64,000 nt of DNA from Heteronotia binoei. Taxonomy: Eukaryota. Shown here in pieces: positions 24,301-34,309 of the stretch; the first letter of the stretch is position 1; every line of letters starts with the position of its first letter. The notes under the pieces were generated by a model, which was not told where the DNA came from, did no database searches, and saw only the letters and a program-made list of their open reading frames with translations. The DNA is taken from positions 56,854,001-56,918,000 of the forward strand of contig NC_083239.1 of the NCBI RefSeq assembly GCF_032191835.1, read 5' to 3'. A program made the translations under genes and the position numbers.

Positions 24301-27300
24301 GGGCCAGGGGATCCCATTCCATCATTATACCCTATGGGCCATTGACATCAATGGCAACATAGGGCATAATTAGAGGCTACTGGGGGGGGGGGCAGGGGGT
24401 TTGAGGCAGACCTGGCTGCAGCAAACCCAGATGCCAGCTCTCCAGCCCTGCCCCAAACAACACGGGGAGAGCTGGCCAACCACAACAAGCCTGCTGGTTC
24501 TGGGTCTCTCACCCAGGTGCCAGCTTCCCTGCCACGGAACACACAATCTACTCTATAAAAACAAGAAAGTGACCCAGCCCACACACACCCTCGCCAACCC
24601 CCACACCAACCAGAGGTAATTTTAAAAAAACCAAAACAAAACCAGCAGAATCACAAAAGGCCAAGTGTTAAAAAAGTGGCCTTTTCACCAACCAGAAAGC
24701 TCAGGCCAAATAAGTCAACAACACCCCCACCTCCAGTCCCCCAGCCCTGCCCCCACCCAAATGCATGCTTTGGATTGGCTGCTGGGGCTCCTCTTCCCCC
24801 TCCCCCCCCCTCCCTGATCCCAGGGAGGCTATGGGAGAGGCGGGAAGAGGCCACTAAAGGCGGGAAAGTAGGCAAGCAGCTCCACTGAGGCTGCAGAAGC
24901 TACTTTCCCGCCTTTTCCATTGACAGCCGTATACTTCCGAATAGCTATTCGGCAGTATACGGTGAGCCGTATTCGGCTGTCGCATAATAGGCGGCAATGG
25001 GAATTGGCTACGGCCAATTCCGTATACAGCCGAATCAGTGTTGATTCGGCTGTATATACGGTTTGGCCCAACCGAATGCACACCCCTAGTAGGGAGCTGG
25101 CCTCTTTCCTGGGGGGAGGTGTGGTTCTTGATGGAGGGAGGCCCTGAAGGTTGGTTCTGAGGACAGAGCTGACCCAGGATGGCTAGAGCTGTGGGGAATG
25201 TCAAAGGCCAAAACCCCTTCAAACAAAGTGGCTCAGAGAAGAGGGTTCAGGAAGACCCCCCCACCCCCCACTTCACCCCTGAATGGCCCTCTGCGTGCCT
25301 GCTGCTTTCCCTGGTGGGTGCCTGTGAATTCTTGGGCGGGTTCTACTTTTTCACATGTTTCTCGTATGAAATCCAAACTTCCCACCTAAGCTGTCAGCAG
25401 GCGGGGGGGGGGGCGGGAATCCATGCAGGTGCCAGAGGCAGCCAGGAGGGAAATCTGGGGGGGCGGGGGGGTGTTGCTTTCCCTCGGGCCTGGCTTGTGC
25501 GCAGGCCTGCCCCAGGTCTGTTACCCCGTGCCTGGTGTTGGCTGGCACAGAGCCGCTTTCTTCCAGGGTCCCCCTTGGCAAGCTGCCAGATGGCCCAGAG
25601 GGAGGGAAGGGGGGGCTTTGTCCCCTGGCACAGAGCCCACCTTCTTCTCCAGGCGCGTGTTGCTGCTGTCACTTGACGGGGGGGGGGGGGGGCACTGCAC
25701 AGTCATGTGCCTCCACAAGTGGGGCGTGAGGCTTCCCTGACCCGGGGGGGGGCGTGTCCTGCAGTGTCCTAGGCCTCGAATGGAGAAGGGAGAGCCGGCT
25801 GAAAAGGCGGGGGGAGGAGCGGGGCTGGTCTCTGCTCTCCTTGCCCACGAGGGACAGGAGGCACAAAGAGGCAAGAGCTGTCCTAAGGCCCGCTGGAGAA
25901 GAGGGGTCAGCGTTGGCTTCCTTGAGAGGTCACAGCTTATGATTATCTTGCCTTGCATGGGGGGGAGGCGGTTCCATAGTAAGGTGCTGGCTTGCCCCCC
26001 TGGACCGGTCTTTGTGCCCCATGTGCTGCTCCCCCCAGAGAAGGCATAGGTTGCCCTGGGTGGTGGGGGGGTGAGGGCCAAGGCAGCTGCTCTGCTGTAG
26101 CCCTGGTGGGGGCTTTCTAGGGCCAGAGCGTTCCCTTCTGTGAGGGTGTGAGTAGGTCTGGCCCAGCGTCTGAGCCACTCTGAAGAAACGGCCCCAGAGG
26201 AAGCTGGGAGTGAAGTGCTGAGGCTGTTTCTCTCTTCCAGAATGTCTGGCCCTGCAGCAGTCCTCTCAAAAGGGGTCTCTGGGCTGTGGCTCTTTCCTGC
26301 TCCTTCAAGGGAAGGCTAGCTGGGGAGCCAGTGTGGTCGAGGAGCCGGGTTTGAGTCCCCACTGGGGCCATGGCAGATCCCTGGATGGTCTTGGGGGTCA
26401 TGCTCTCTCAGCCTCAGCAGCCTCCCCAGATGGTTGTTGGGAGGATGGAAGGGAGGAGAGGAGAGGAGGACGGCGGGAGGGAGGTGGGGATGAATGAATG
26501 GAAGAGGTGCCTTGACTGAGCCGTGGTCCTCTTTCCTCTCCTCTCCCTAGCGCCTGGCTTTCTGCCTCTTGAAGGAGGCCTTCGGCATCAACTGGGGCAC
26601 TGAGAAGGGCAAGGCGACCCTGAAGCGCACCAGCCCAGACTACTTCCTGCTGCAAGGTGAGCTCCGCGCCCCCCTCCCCCCCCCCGGCCAACCTGTGCAG
26701 AAGACTGGGGTGGGGGGCAGAGGAGAGCCTGCTCTGTGGGTGGGAGAGGAGGAAGAGGCCCCTTGTCATTCCTGCAGGGAGGGGTCCTGAGACCAGGCCG
26801 GGGAGGGAGGAGTGAGGCTGGCTTCCACTGGGGAGGGGCTTCTGGGCAGCTGCTCTCTGCCCCAGGCAGAAGGGGGATGGGGCCTTACAGTCATCACAGG
26901 ACAGCAGCAGTTGGGAGGCCCTGCCTGCTCAGAGGCCTGGGGGGGATGGGCCACCCGCTGCTTCCTGCTACGGTCCCTTTTGCCACTGCTCCCCCCTCCT
27001 CCCGTCTGCAGTGCTTCTGAAATTCCGCACAGAAAAGGGCCGTGATCCTTCGCCTCAAGGCTATGCTGAAGATACAGAGGCCCTTCGGCAGACGCGCACG
27101 GGTGTGCTGGAGGCCCTGGGCGTGGGAGCTGACCTGCTTCCTGACGACTTCACCAGGTGAATTGCTGCCTGGGCAGAGAGCCCCTGCCTGCTTGCTCTGG
27201 GATTCTGGGCCGCAGCTGCCTTGTGGGAGTAAAGTCATTGGAGGTGCAGCTGTGGCTCTCTCTGGCTTCTGGGAGCCTCAGCCAGACAGAGCCCCTCCCG

Positions 27301-28740
27301 GCCACGCAGCCTGCCTCTCCCAGCAAGTTGGGAAGTCAGCCTAAGAGACGGGGCAGGAGGGGCAGCACAGACCAGCTCTTTGGAGTCTCTTTCAAACTCC
27401 CAGTACCTAAGGCCAGTTGAAAACGGTTGCTTTATTGGAATAGGGTAAATTTGTAAAACATGCACACACACAAGAGCGATCAAGTGTTACACTCGAGCAA
27501 GACTACAGGAAAAGAAGACAAATAGGGTTGGGTTTTTTCCCAATAGGACCACAGTTACCATTTGGATGTGTAAGAAACCTCGAGGCTGGATCAGGACAGC
27601 CTGTGTGCCTGACTTAGTGACTCAGATGTTTGAGGGTGATCTTCGTGGGTTCCTTTGTGAGTCTCAGAGTCGCACACAAATGTACCAGAACCCAAACGTT
27701 TTATACCCTGTCTTGGGAGGGGTCTTTGGAGTGCAGGTGCAAAAACTTGGACCAAAAGAAGTGGTGTTGCTGTGCTGTAGGCAACCCTGAAGAAATCGTA
27801 AAGCTTTCTACTAGTGGAGAGAATTGAGAGCTTTTACGGTACAAGAGGGTGAGGGTCTTGGAGGTTAAGGACAGAGCAGAGGTCTGGGGGCGAGTAGTGG
27901 GCTGGGAAGTCTTGCTGTCGTGTTCCTTCTCCGCAGGTGCTCTGTGTTGTCCTGCGGTGAAGCTGTCTTCCGTTGCAGAGCATGCAGGGGCTGTGGCATC
28001 TCCTTGCAGGCCTCTCTGCAGAGAGTGCCAGTGCTGCACATTGCCCAACCCACTAGGCCTCTCTGCATTGTGCAGTGCGGGGGGGGGGGGGGGCGCAAGG
28101 GCTGCCGTCTTGATAGGGGGCTGGGAAGTCCCCTGCGTGCCCATCTGGCGGCTGGCTCCCCTTTCTCCCCCCCTCCCTGCATGGCCAGTGGTGGCCCTGG
28201 GGGCTTTGTGTAGCAGGGCTGGCTGGAGTGCCCTTGGCCCTCCCCCCCCCTTATTTGGGCGACTCTTTCTCCAGCTGCTGCTTCTCGGAAATGGCCTCTG
28301 TCTGTGCTGTGGTTGGAGGTGTGCTGGGGCAGGAGATTGTCAAGGTGAGGAGAATTTCTCTTGTGTCTTCCCTCCCCCCCCGGTGCTGTTCTTGTTTGTT
28401 GTCCTGGCCGGGCACAGCTCAGCATGGCAGGGGGGGGGTTCTATTTCCTCCCCTCCGCCCTCCTGTAGCAGGCGAAGTCTCCTGAGGTGGGGACAGGTCT
28501 TGGCCAACAGAAGCCCCCTGCCCTCCTTGCCCTGTGCTGCCTGCGGGGCTTGAGGTGCCCCGTCTTCCTTGACACAGGAAGCTGGTTCCAGAGGAGGCCA
28601 TGGTGGCGTCTTCCTTCATATTGCCCATATTGCCTCTTCTCTTCTAGGCCCTGTCACAGCGGGACGCTCCCCTCAACAACTTCTTCTTCTTCGATGGCAT
28701 GAAGGGCAACGGAATCGTGGAATGCCTGGCCTCCAGCTGA
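12304..28740 (+). CDS. SAE1: SUMO-activating enzyme subunit 1 (Aos1); exons 12304-12404, 12968-13079, 20481-20654, 22985-23127, 23411-23510, 26551-26656, 27012-27156, 28275-28344, 28648-28740 (347 aa)
   Basis: All introns are GT-AG and the exons total 1044 nt in frame. Motifs include YDRQIRLWGLEAQKRLR, GLRGLGAEVAKNLILAGV, NRAEASLERARDLNPMV, FGYHGYMFADLGEHEF, VGGVLGQEIVKALSQRDAPLNNFFFFDGMKGNG. Confidence 0.98.
12425..12915. repeat. G-rich minisatellite (about 4 units of 80-95 bp) in SAE1 intron 1
   Basis: Recurrent ctcccctccccctcgaggccagggggcggggcttgggcgtgagggagg; TCGAGG anchors at 12461, 12690, 12777 and 12857. Confidence 0.8.
12544..12677 (-). mobile_element. Short retroposon 3'-end fragment with a (TAAG)4 tail inserted into the minisatellite
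   Basis: An AT-rich block interrupts a GC unit. The core tttatatcccgccctcccc...caggctcagggcggct recurs at about 48300-48365. Confidence 0.65.
13362..14340 (-). mobile_element. Head-to-tail concatemer of about 5 tRNA-headed SINE copies (about 210-bp unit)
   Basis: Five tRNA-like heads (minus strand TGGCTC(A/T)GTGGTAGAGC A-box and GGTTCAATCC B-box) at plus 13531, 13754, 13891, 14101 and 14311. The junction tcccttcccaaagagttgtgaacctatg occurs three times. Confidence 0.85.
14345..15885 (+). mobile_element. Degenerate L1-like LINE, 3' part of ORF2 plus AT-rich 3'UTR
   Basis: AT-rich block with a broken frame; the ORF 14832-15101 peptide (SWYRYHQL...KGIISKLYQLL) resembles the ORF2 C-terminal region. 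Confidence 0.55.
15925..15995 (-). mobile_element. CR1 3'-terminal fragment
   Basis: tagaatcacagagttggaaggggctctagaggccatctagtccagccccctgc is the reverse complement of a typical CR1 3' end. Confidence 0.6.
17071..19290 (-). mobile_element. 5'-truncated CR1 LINE with an open RT-encoding ORF2 fragment (17454-19178, 574 aa)
   Basis: RT motifs NYRPVSLTS, YLDFQKAFD, PQGSVLGP and FADD; CR1 C-terminus HLEYCVRFWSPH; 3' tail (cataagaa)n. Contains the N gap. Confidence 0.95.
17135..17298. other. Assembly gap (N run)
   Basis: 164 Ns inside the CR1 3'UTR. Confidence 0.99.
21256..22680. mobile_element. Element bounded by 73-bp inverted repeats, carrying an L1 RT relic (about 21330-21770, minus) and a later CR1 insertion
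   Basis: 21256-21328 versus the reverse complement of 22608-22680 gives 62/73 ungapped identity. The internal peptide IQKNNKAPGLDGFPEEFY is L1-type RT. No clean TSD. Confidence 0.55.
21775..22588 (-). mobile_element. 5'-truncated CR1 LINE (ORF2 C-terminal 236 aa plus 3'UTR)
   Basis: ORF 21875-22585 is near-identical to the C-terminus of the 17454-19178 ORF; CR1 tail taagaacataag. Confidence 0.95.
24014..25088. mobile_element. Complete non-autonomous hAT DNA transposon, 1075 bp, in SAE1 intron 5
   Basis: Perfect 12-bp TIRs TAGGGGTGTGCA / TGCACACCCCTA and a perfect 8-bp TSD GTAGGGAG (24006-24013, 25089-25096). Subterminal CCGAAT/ATTCGG/CCGTATAC repeats; no transposase ORF. Confidence 0.9.
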
Positions 28741-28884
28741 GATACACACACACACCCCCGTGCTAGTGAAGCGGCTCCCCCCCCTCCAGCCTGCCTGCAG
28801 TTTCCCTTCCTGGATGGGGGGGATGAGGCTGTGCAGGTAGAACCGCCAGCTGCAACTCGTCTCTGTTGTCCTCCTCGTCTCCCC

Positions 28885-28890
28885 AATAAA
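28885..28890 (+). terminator. SAE1 polyadenylation signal AATAAA
   Basis: 145 nt after the stop codon, followed by GU/U-rich sequence. Confidence 0.8.
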
Positions 28891-29632
28891 GAACTCTGGT
28901 CTTTGTGTAACGTGTCTCTCAGGCAGTGGCTCAGTTGCCACCTTATGTGGAATGGGCGTGTGCGTCTGGGAAATGCTGCATCCATCCAGCGAGTCAGCAC
29001 AGTCCCCCTGTGGGCTGACCCTGGAATAGTCGTGGAAGCCTAGACCTGGAAGGAATCATCCTGCAGGGTGTTGAGCCCCCCCTCCCCCCCCCCCACGCAC
29101 AGTGCACAGCTCTCAAGTTCGAAAGCATTGACTCCCCCCAAACGTGATGGAAGCAGTCGTCCCCTGGAGTCCTGGCGCATGCCCTTCTGGCCTTGCACCC
29201 CATGGGACGCCTTGGGGAGGGGCCAGTCCTGCCTTGCCTCTGCACCCACCCCTCACAGGCCCAGGAGCACCTCCGCAGACAAGATGGACAGGGCCTCTCT
29301 CAAGGCCACCTAAGATCACCTTTCCCTTTTGCACCCTCCTCCCCCTCTGAGACCTTCCCCCAGGAAGTTCCCCACCCACTCTGCCTCCGAGGGGGACGCT
29401 CTGTGGGGTGGCTGCAGCACTGGGGCCAGGCATTCCATGGCCCTGTTGCCCTTCGTGCCAAGAGAGCTGGGCCTCTCTCGGCCTCCTGCTTCAGGAAGTC
29501 TGGGGAGAGGAGGACGGGCTAGCTCTCTGGACATGAGAGAGTAGAAGACTGACCCCCACCCTAGGATGAAGCAGTCACCCCCCCCTTCCCGAAAAGGCAG
29601 GCCTTCAATGCTGCAGATTGGCTCTGTCCAGT

Positions 29633-29638
29633 TTTATT
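29633..29638 (-). terminator. BBC3 polyadenylation signal AATAAA
   Basis: Plus-strand TTTATT about 455 nt past the BBC3 stop. Confidence 0.75.
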
Positions 29639-29700
29639 GAAAAGGAAACATACAAAATTCTCCCTCCCCCCCCCCCCAGGAACAGACAGTTCCCCTCAAG

Positions 29701-29733
29701 TATGTACAGGTAGCACCAAGGTGTCTATGTACA
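29701..29733 (-). promoter_or_regulatory. BBC3 3'UTR cluster: two Pumilio elements flanking a miR-29 8mer site
   Basis: Minus strand TGTACATA (29733-29726), TGGTGCTA (29718-29711), TGTACATA (29708-29701). Confidence 0.7.
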
Positions 29734-30092
29734 GAAGCCCAATACCCCCCCCCCCCCCCTTCTATACACAAGTCCATCTACATCGGCAGCCCCGCCCCCT
29801 CTCCCATGGCTGGCCTTTCTTGCTGGAGGAAGAGCTGCGGCGGCGGGGCTGCCCCGTCTGTACAGGCTCAAGGAACAGGATTCTCGTAGTGCTAAAACTT
29901 CAGGCACGGCTGGCCGGAGCGCCTCCTCTCGCGGGGGGGGGGGGGGGCCGCCCTGGGCCGAGGAGGCGGCGGTAGCAGCAGCGGCGGCGGCCCCGAGTCC
30001 TTGCCTTCCCGCGGCGTGTCCAGCAGGCAAGTCCGGGCGGGCGGATTGCCCCCTCCCCTGGCCAGCAGGAGGCAGGAGCGCGGGGGGGGGGG

Positions 30093-31172
30093 CTAGTTGG
30101 GGCCGAGGCCCAGGCGGCCCCCCTCCGCCGGCAGGTTGTAGAAGACGCCCAGCAGCTGCAGCAGGAAGTGGCAGAAGTGCTCCCAGCCGGGCCTCTGCGG
30201 AGAGAAGCAGGCCGGGTGAGGGAGGGAGAGCCCAACTTGCTGCCCCCTCTGGCTGGGCCGGCCTCCCATCCCCGCCGCGGGCTATTTATAGGTGCTGCGC
30301 CAGCCGCCGCGCCCTGCCCAGCCCAGCCCAGCCGGGAGCACGCCAGAGGGAGGCTGCAGGGGCGCCCCTCTCCCGAGGAGGGGGGGGGGGCGTGGAGGCT
30401 GACCTGTTGCTGCTGCTGGCGCTCTCGGTGGAAGCGGTCTCCGAGGAGGCGCAGGCGGGCGCCGAGGGTCTGCTCCAGGCTGGGCGGGAGGCTCGGCGGG
30501 AGGCGGGCGGGGGGCTCCGGCGGGGGGCTGCTCTCCAGGGCCGCCGGGCTCTCTAGGAAGCAAGGAGGCCAGAAGCGCGCTCAGGCCAGGCGGGCAGGTG
30601 CAGAGCAGCGAGGGGGGAGGGAGCGGCGCTCGTGGGCACCGGAGCATTTCAGGACGCGGCTCCTGGTCCCCCGCCCCGCCCCGGCACCCGGGGAGGGCGA
30701 AAAGTGCGCATTCGGGGGAAGGGCAGCGGGGGACGCCTGGATGGACGCCCCCCTCCCTCCATCGCCCGGCGGCACCTGCCCAGGCCGGGGAAGATGCCGC
30801 GGGAAGGCGCGGCTCTGGCACGCGGCCCCCTCCCCCGGCGGCGAAGGAGAGGTCGCGGGGAGGTCCCGCCAGACGGAGCCCCCTCCTCTTACCGTGGGGC
30901 GGCGGTGCGGGGCGCGTGCGGGGGGGCTGGGCGCCCCGCATGCAGCGGTAGAGGGCGCGGGGCGGCAGCGGGCCGGCGCCGGCGGGGCAGAGGGCGCAGT
31001 TCAGGCCGGGCGGCAGCAGGGCCAGCGTGGCCGTTGTCGCCGTCGGGCTCCGGCAGAGGGGGGGCGGCAGGGCCAGCGTCCCGCCCAGAGCGAAGCCCCC
31101 GCGGCTCCCGGGCGCAGCGGCAGCAGCAGCGGTCGGCTCAGCGCGGCTCCCGTCCGGCAGAGGTCTGGCCAT
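30093..31172 (-). CDS. BBC3: BCL2-binding component 3 / PUMA (BH3-only); coding exons 31172-30893, 30552-30404, 30194-30093 (176 aa)
   Basis: Kozak gagcgccATGG; N-terminus MARPLPDGSRAEP (human MARARQEGSSPEP); phases 1/0; BH3 LEQTLGARLRLLGDRFH; C-terminus ...GLGPN* (human ...EMEPN*); position between SAE1 and CCDC9. Confidence 0.88.
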
Positions 31173-31295
31173 GGCGCTCGCGCAGATCTGCCCAGGAAAA
31201 AGAGGAGAAGGCGGCGGTCACTCACCTCCAGCGGCTCCCGCGGGCGCCCCCGACCGCCCTCTGCCTTGGGGGCGCCCCGCCCCCGCCCCCTGTTT

Positions 31296-31303
31296 GTAAA
31301 CAA
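31296..31303. promoter_or_regulatory. FOXO binding element (TTGTTTAC) in BBC3 intron 1
   Basis: Plus strand GTAAACAA, an AT-rich word inside >80% GC sequence. Mammalian PUMA is a FOXO3 target. Confidence 0.55.
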
Positions 31304-31416
31304 ACCCGCGCCGCCCCCTCCCCCGACAACGCCCTGAGCCGCCGCCCCCCCCCGCCTTCCGCAGCAGCCACGTGCGCCCCCCGACGGCGCCCCTCTGGGG
31401 CTGGCGCGGCACTTAC

Positions 31417-31580
31417 TGCAGCTGCATGAACCCTCCGGGGGCGGCTGGGGGCGGGCGGGCAGGCGGGCAAGCGGGCAGCGAGCGAGGACGGGGCGGGACT
31501 GGACTGGACGGGGCGCGCCACCAGCAGCAGCACCGACCATCCGCCACCACCCGGCTGGAGCTGCGGCTGCCAGAAACTCG
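31417..31580 (-). other. Probable non-coding first exon of BBC3 (5' boundary approximate)
   Basis: Strong donor CAG|GTAAGT-like (GCA|GTAAGT, 31416-31411) upstream of the acceptor at 31188; the p53 element lies about 100 bp further upstream. Confidence 0.6.
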
Positions 31581-31674
31581 CGGCGAGGCGCGCTCCGCCA
31601 GCTGCAGAGCCAGCCTGGCCACGCCCCCCGCCACGTCACGGAGCCCCGCCCCCTCCTTCCCCGCCCGCCCGCCG

Positions 31675-31694
31675 GGGCAAGTTGGGGCTTGTGC
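31675..31694. promoter_or_regulatory. p53 response element of BBC3
   Basis: GGGCAAGTTG GGGCTTGTGC: two adjacent RRRCWWGYYY half-sites with no spacer, each 9/10, both CWWG cores intact. Confidence 0.75.
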
Positions 31695-34309
31695 AGCGCC
31701 GGGGAACCCCCGACGGGCGGCCGCCCTCCCCTCCCCCAATGCGTCCTCCGGCCCCCTTCTGGTCTGCGGAAAGGGGAAGGGCGCCGGCAGGTGTAGTGCT
31801 TGGAGCCGGCCTGGCCTACCTGGCGGGGTTGTCGTGAGGTGGAGGGGCGGGGGGTGGGTGAGAGGTGGGGCGGGGGATTTCCAGGAGGCGCTTCCCCCGC
31901 CCACAGGGGCCTCCGCTGGGGGTCAGTCGGTCATTCTCCAGGCAGCTCCAGCGGGGAGGGGTGTGTGTGTGTGTCCGGGGTCGTTCCGCGCAGCCGGGGG
32001 GCCAGGACGGGCGACAGACCGGGGTGGGGGGCAGGAAGGCTGGCTGCGACGGACGGGGGGCGGGTTGACTGGCAGAGGGGGCGGCCAGCTGGAGAGAGTT
32101 CCCGCTTCCTTCCGTCGGGGGTGGCCTACACTGCAGGCAGGGCCGGGGTGAGATGGGATGCGGGGGGCGGGAAGGCGGCAGGGCGGGCTCCGGGCGCAGA
32201 CTCTGCCGGGCAGCAACAGCAGCAGCAGGAGCCCCTGGCCGGCGACCCCGTGCCCTTGGCCGGCCGCCCTCCTCCTCCCCCTCCGGTCGACGCCGCTTGG
32301 CTGGCTGGCTGGCTGAGTGGAGCGGAGAGGCGGCCGAGCCAACGAGAGCCCCGTTGCAAGGGCGGGCAGGCGGGGCCCAGCCAATGGCAGCGCGCGGCGG
32401 CTGTCTCCAGCGCCCCCCTCAGCCTGCCTGCCTCCCCCGCCCCCCTTGCTGCTGCTGCTGCTGGCCGGGGGGGGGGAGGGGAGGGGGCGGGCGAGGCGCC
32501 TCTCCGGGCCCGGGCGGGCGGGAGGGCGCGGCGCAGGCGGGTGCAGCAGGAGCCGCCTTGGCCGCCGCCGCGGCGCGAGGTGAGTTTGCCCAGTGACAGC
32601 GGCGCGGCCACTCAGCGGCGGAGGCACGCCTGGCGATGATGTCATCCGGGGGGGGAGGGGGCGCTGCACAGCCAAGCCCCGCCGCAGGAGCCCCCCCCGC
32701 CCGCCCGCCAGTGGCCCCACCAGCAGCAACATTGCCTGCCCACCCCCCACCCGCCGGCCAGGGGAGAGGGGAGCCCCTGCGCGCACAGGCCCAGCGGAAG
32801 AGCCAGGCCAGGAGGGGGTGAGGATGGTGACCCGCCTGAGGTCCTGCTGGGGGCAGCAGGGAGGTGGGCTACAGCGGCGACGCCCATCGCTCCAGACCAG
32901 CGGCAGGCCCAGGGGGGTGGGGGCGCCAGGGCCTTCTCTCCCTCCCCCCCCCCGTGGTGTGAAGGCAGCTGGGTGACCTGGGGTCAGGCACAACGTCCGG
33001 CCACCCCTGCCAGTCTCCTGGCGACACACACGGCCCCGGGGAAGAGCAGCCAGAAGCTCTCCCCCTGCAAAGAGCCTGGCAGCAGGAAGGCCTGGCCAGC
33101 CACGGTTGCTTTCCTTTTACGGACGAGGAAACCAGGCCAAGAAGCAGGATTTGCCTCCCAACGCATTGGGGACTGGAGCGGCCTGACCGCCTTCCCCAGC
33201 AGCGTAGTCCTTGCCCTTGGGGCGAAGGGGGCCCTTGAGCGTTGCCTGGGAGAAACTGAGTCCGGGATGGGGGCCAGGCCAGCGTCAGTCAGTCCCCGCC
33301 CCGGGTGGCCGCCCTGCCCGGGCCAGCTGCTGCCCCGTAGCCAAGGGCCCTGAGGAGGAGCCGGAGAGAAGCGGCCTGGAGTGAGTGGGCCCCCTCCGGG
33401 AGAAGCCGGGCCAAGCAAGGGGGCTGGTTCGGCTGCGCTTCCCGGCATCCCGGCGCCGCCGCACTCCCATTGGCTAGGCAGGGCTGCGCGCAGCCACTCA
33501 GCTCGGAGCGGGCGCTTGTTTCCAGAGGAAAGCGCCGCCGAGGAGGCCCGCAACGCCACGGCAACACGGCTGGCTGGCTGGCTGCGGGAGGAGGAGGAGG
33601 AGGCCCGCCCCCGGCCGGCCCGGGCATCTGCAGCCGCAGCAGCAGCGGGGCAGGGGCTCTGGCTGCCTCCCCTCCGCGAGCCGAGCGCCCAGGGGGCTTG
33701 CTGCTGCCACAGCTACAGCCAGGGCAGGGCAGGAGAGCCAAGCAGGGTGAGGAGGGCAGCCGGCGGAGGCTGCCTTCCGCCCGGCCCCGCTCTGGCCCTC
33801 GGGCCGCGGGTGGGATGCGCTTGGCTGGGCTGGGGCAGCTGCCTTCCTGGGGCGCCCGAAGCATCCCTCTGGCCGCGGGGGCTTGTGGGAAACTCCCTGA
33901 CCTCAGCGCGGGGATTCCCCTCGCCTCTTCCCGCCCCTCCTGGAAACAGCGAGAGGCGCCGGCCAATCTGGGAGCTCGAGCGCAGCCCGCGGAGTCCCGC
34001 CCCGGCCAACCCACGCTTCCCCGGCAGCAGCGGCGACCAATCAGCGCCCGCCATCCCAGCAGGAAAAACAACTGCCATGGAAACAGAGCCAGCAGCCCAG
34101 CCCCGCCTCCTGCCCTGCCTGCCGACCCGCCCAGCAGCAGCCGCCGAAGACGGGGAGGAGGAGGACGGGCGTCTGGCGCTTGCTCTGCCCGCCCTGGGGG
34201 CTGCGGGGCCCGGCTTCGTCCCGGTCTTTCAGGTGCACAGCCCCTGCCCCCAGCCTAAGAGCACGCAAGGAGGAGCCATGGTGGGTCAGCCCATACAACA
34301 CCCCCCCCC

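Larger units (their letters stand above)
29900..34300. other. Large CpG island over BBC3 and its upstream region
   Basis: Very high GC and CpG density, several CCAAT boxes (32381, 33469, 33963, 34037) and GC boxes. Confidence 0.75.

Noticed and set aside
29776-29783. miR-221/222 site in the BBC3 3'UTR
   Set aside because: The minus strand reads ATGTAGA, not ATGTAGC, which is a seed mismatch.
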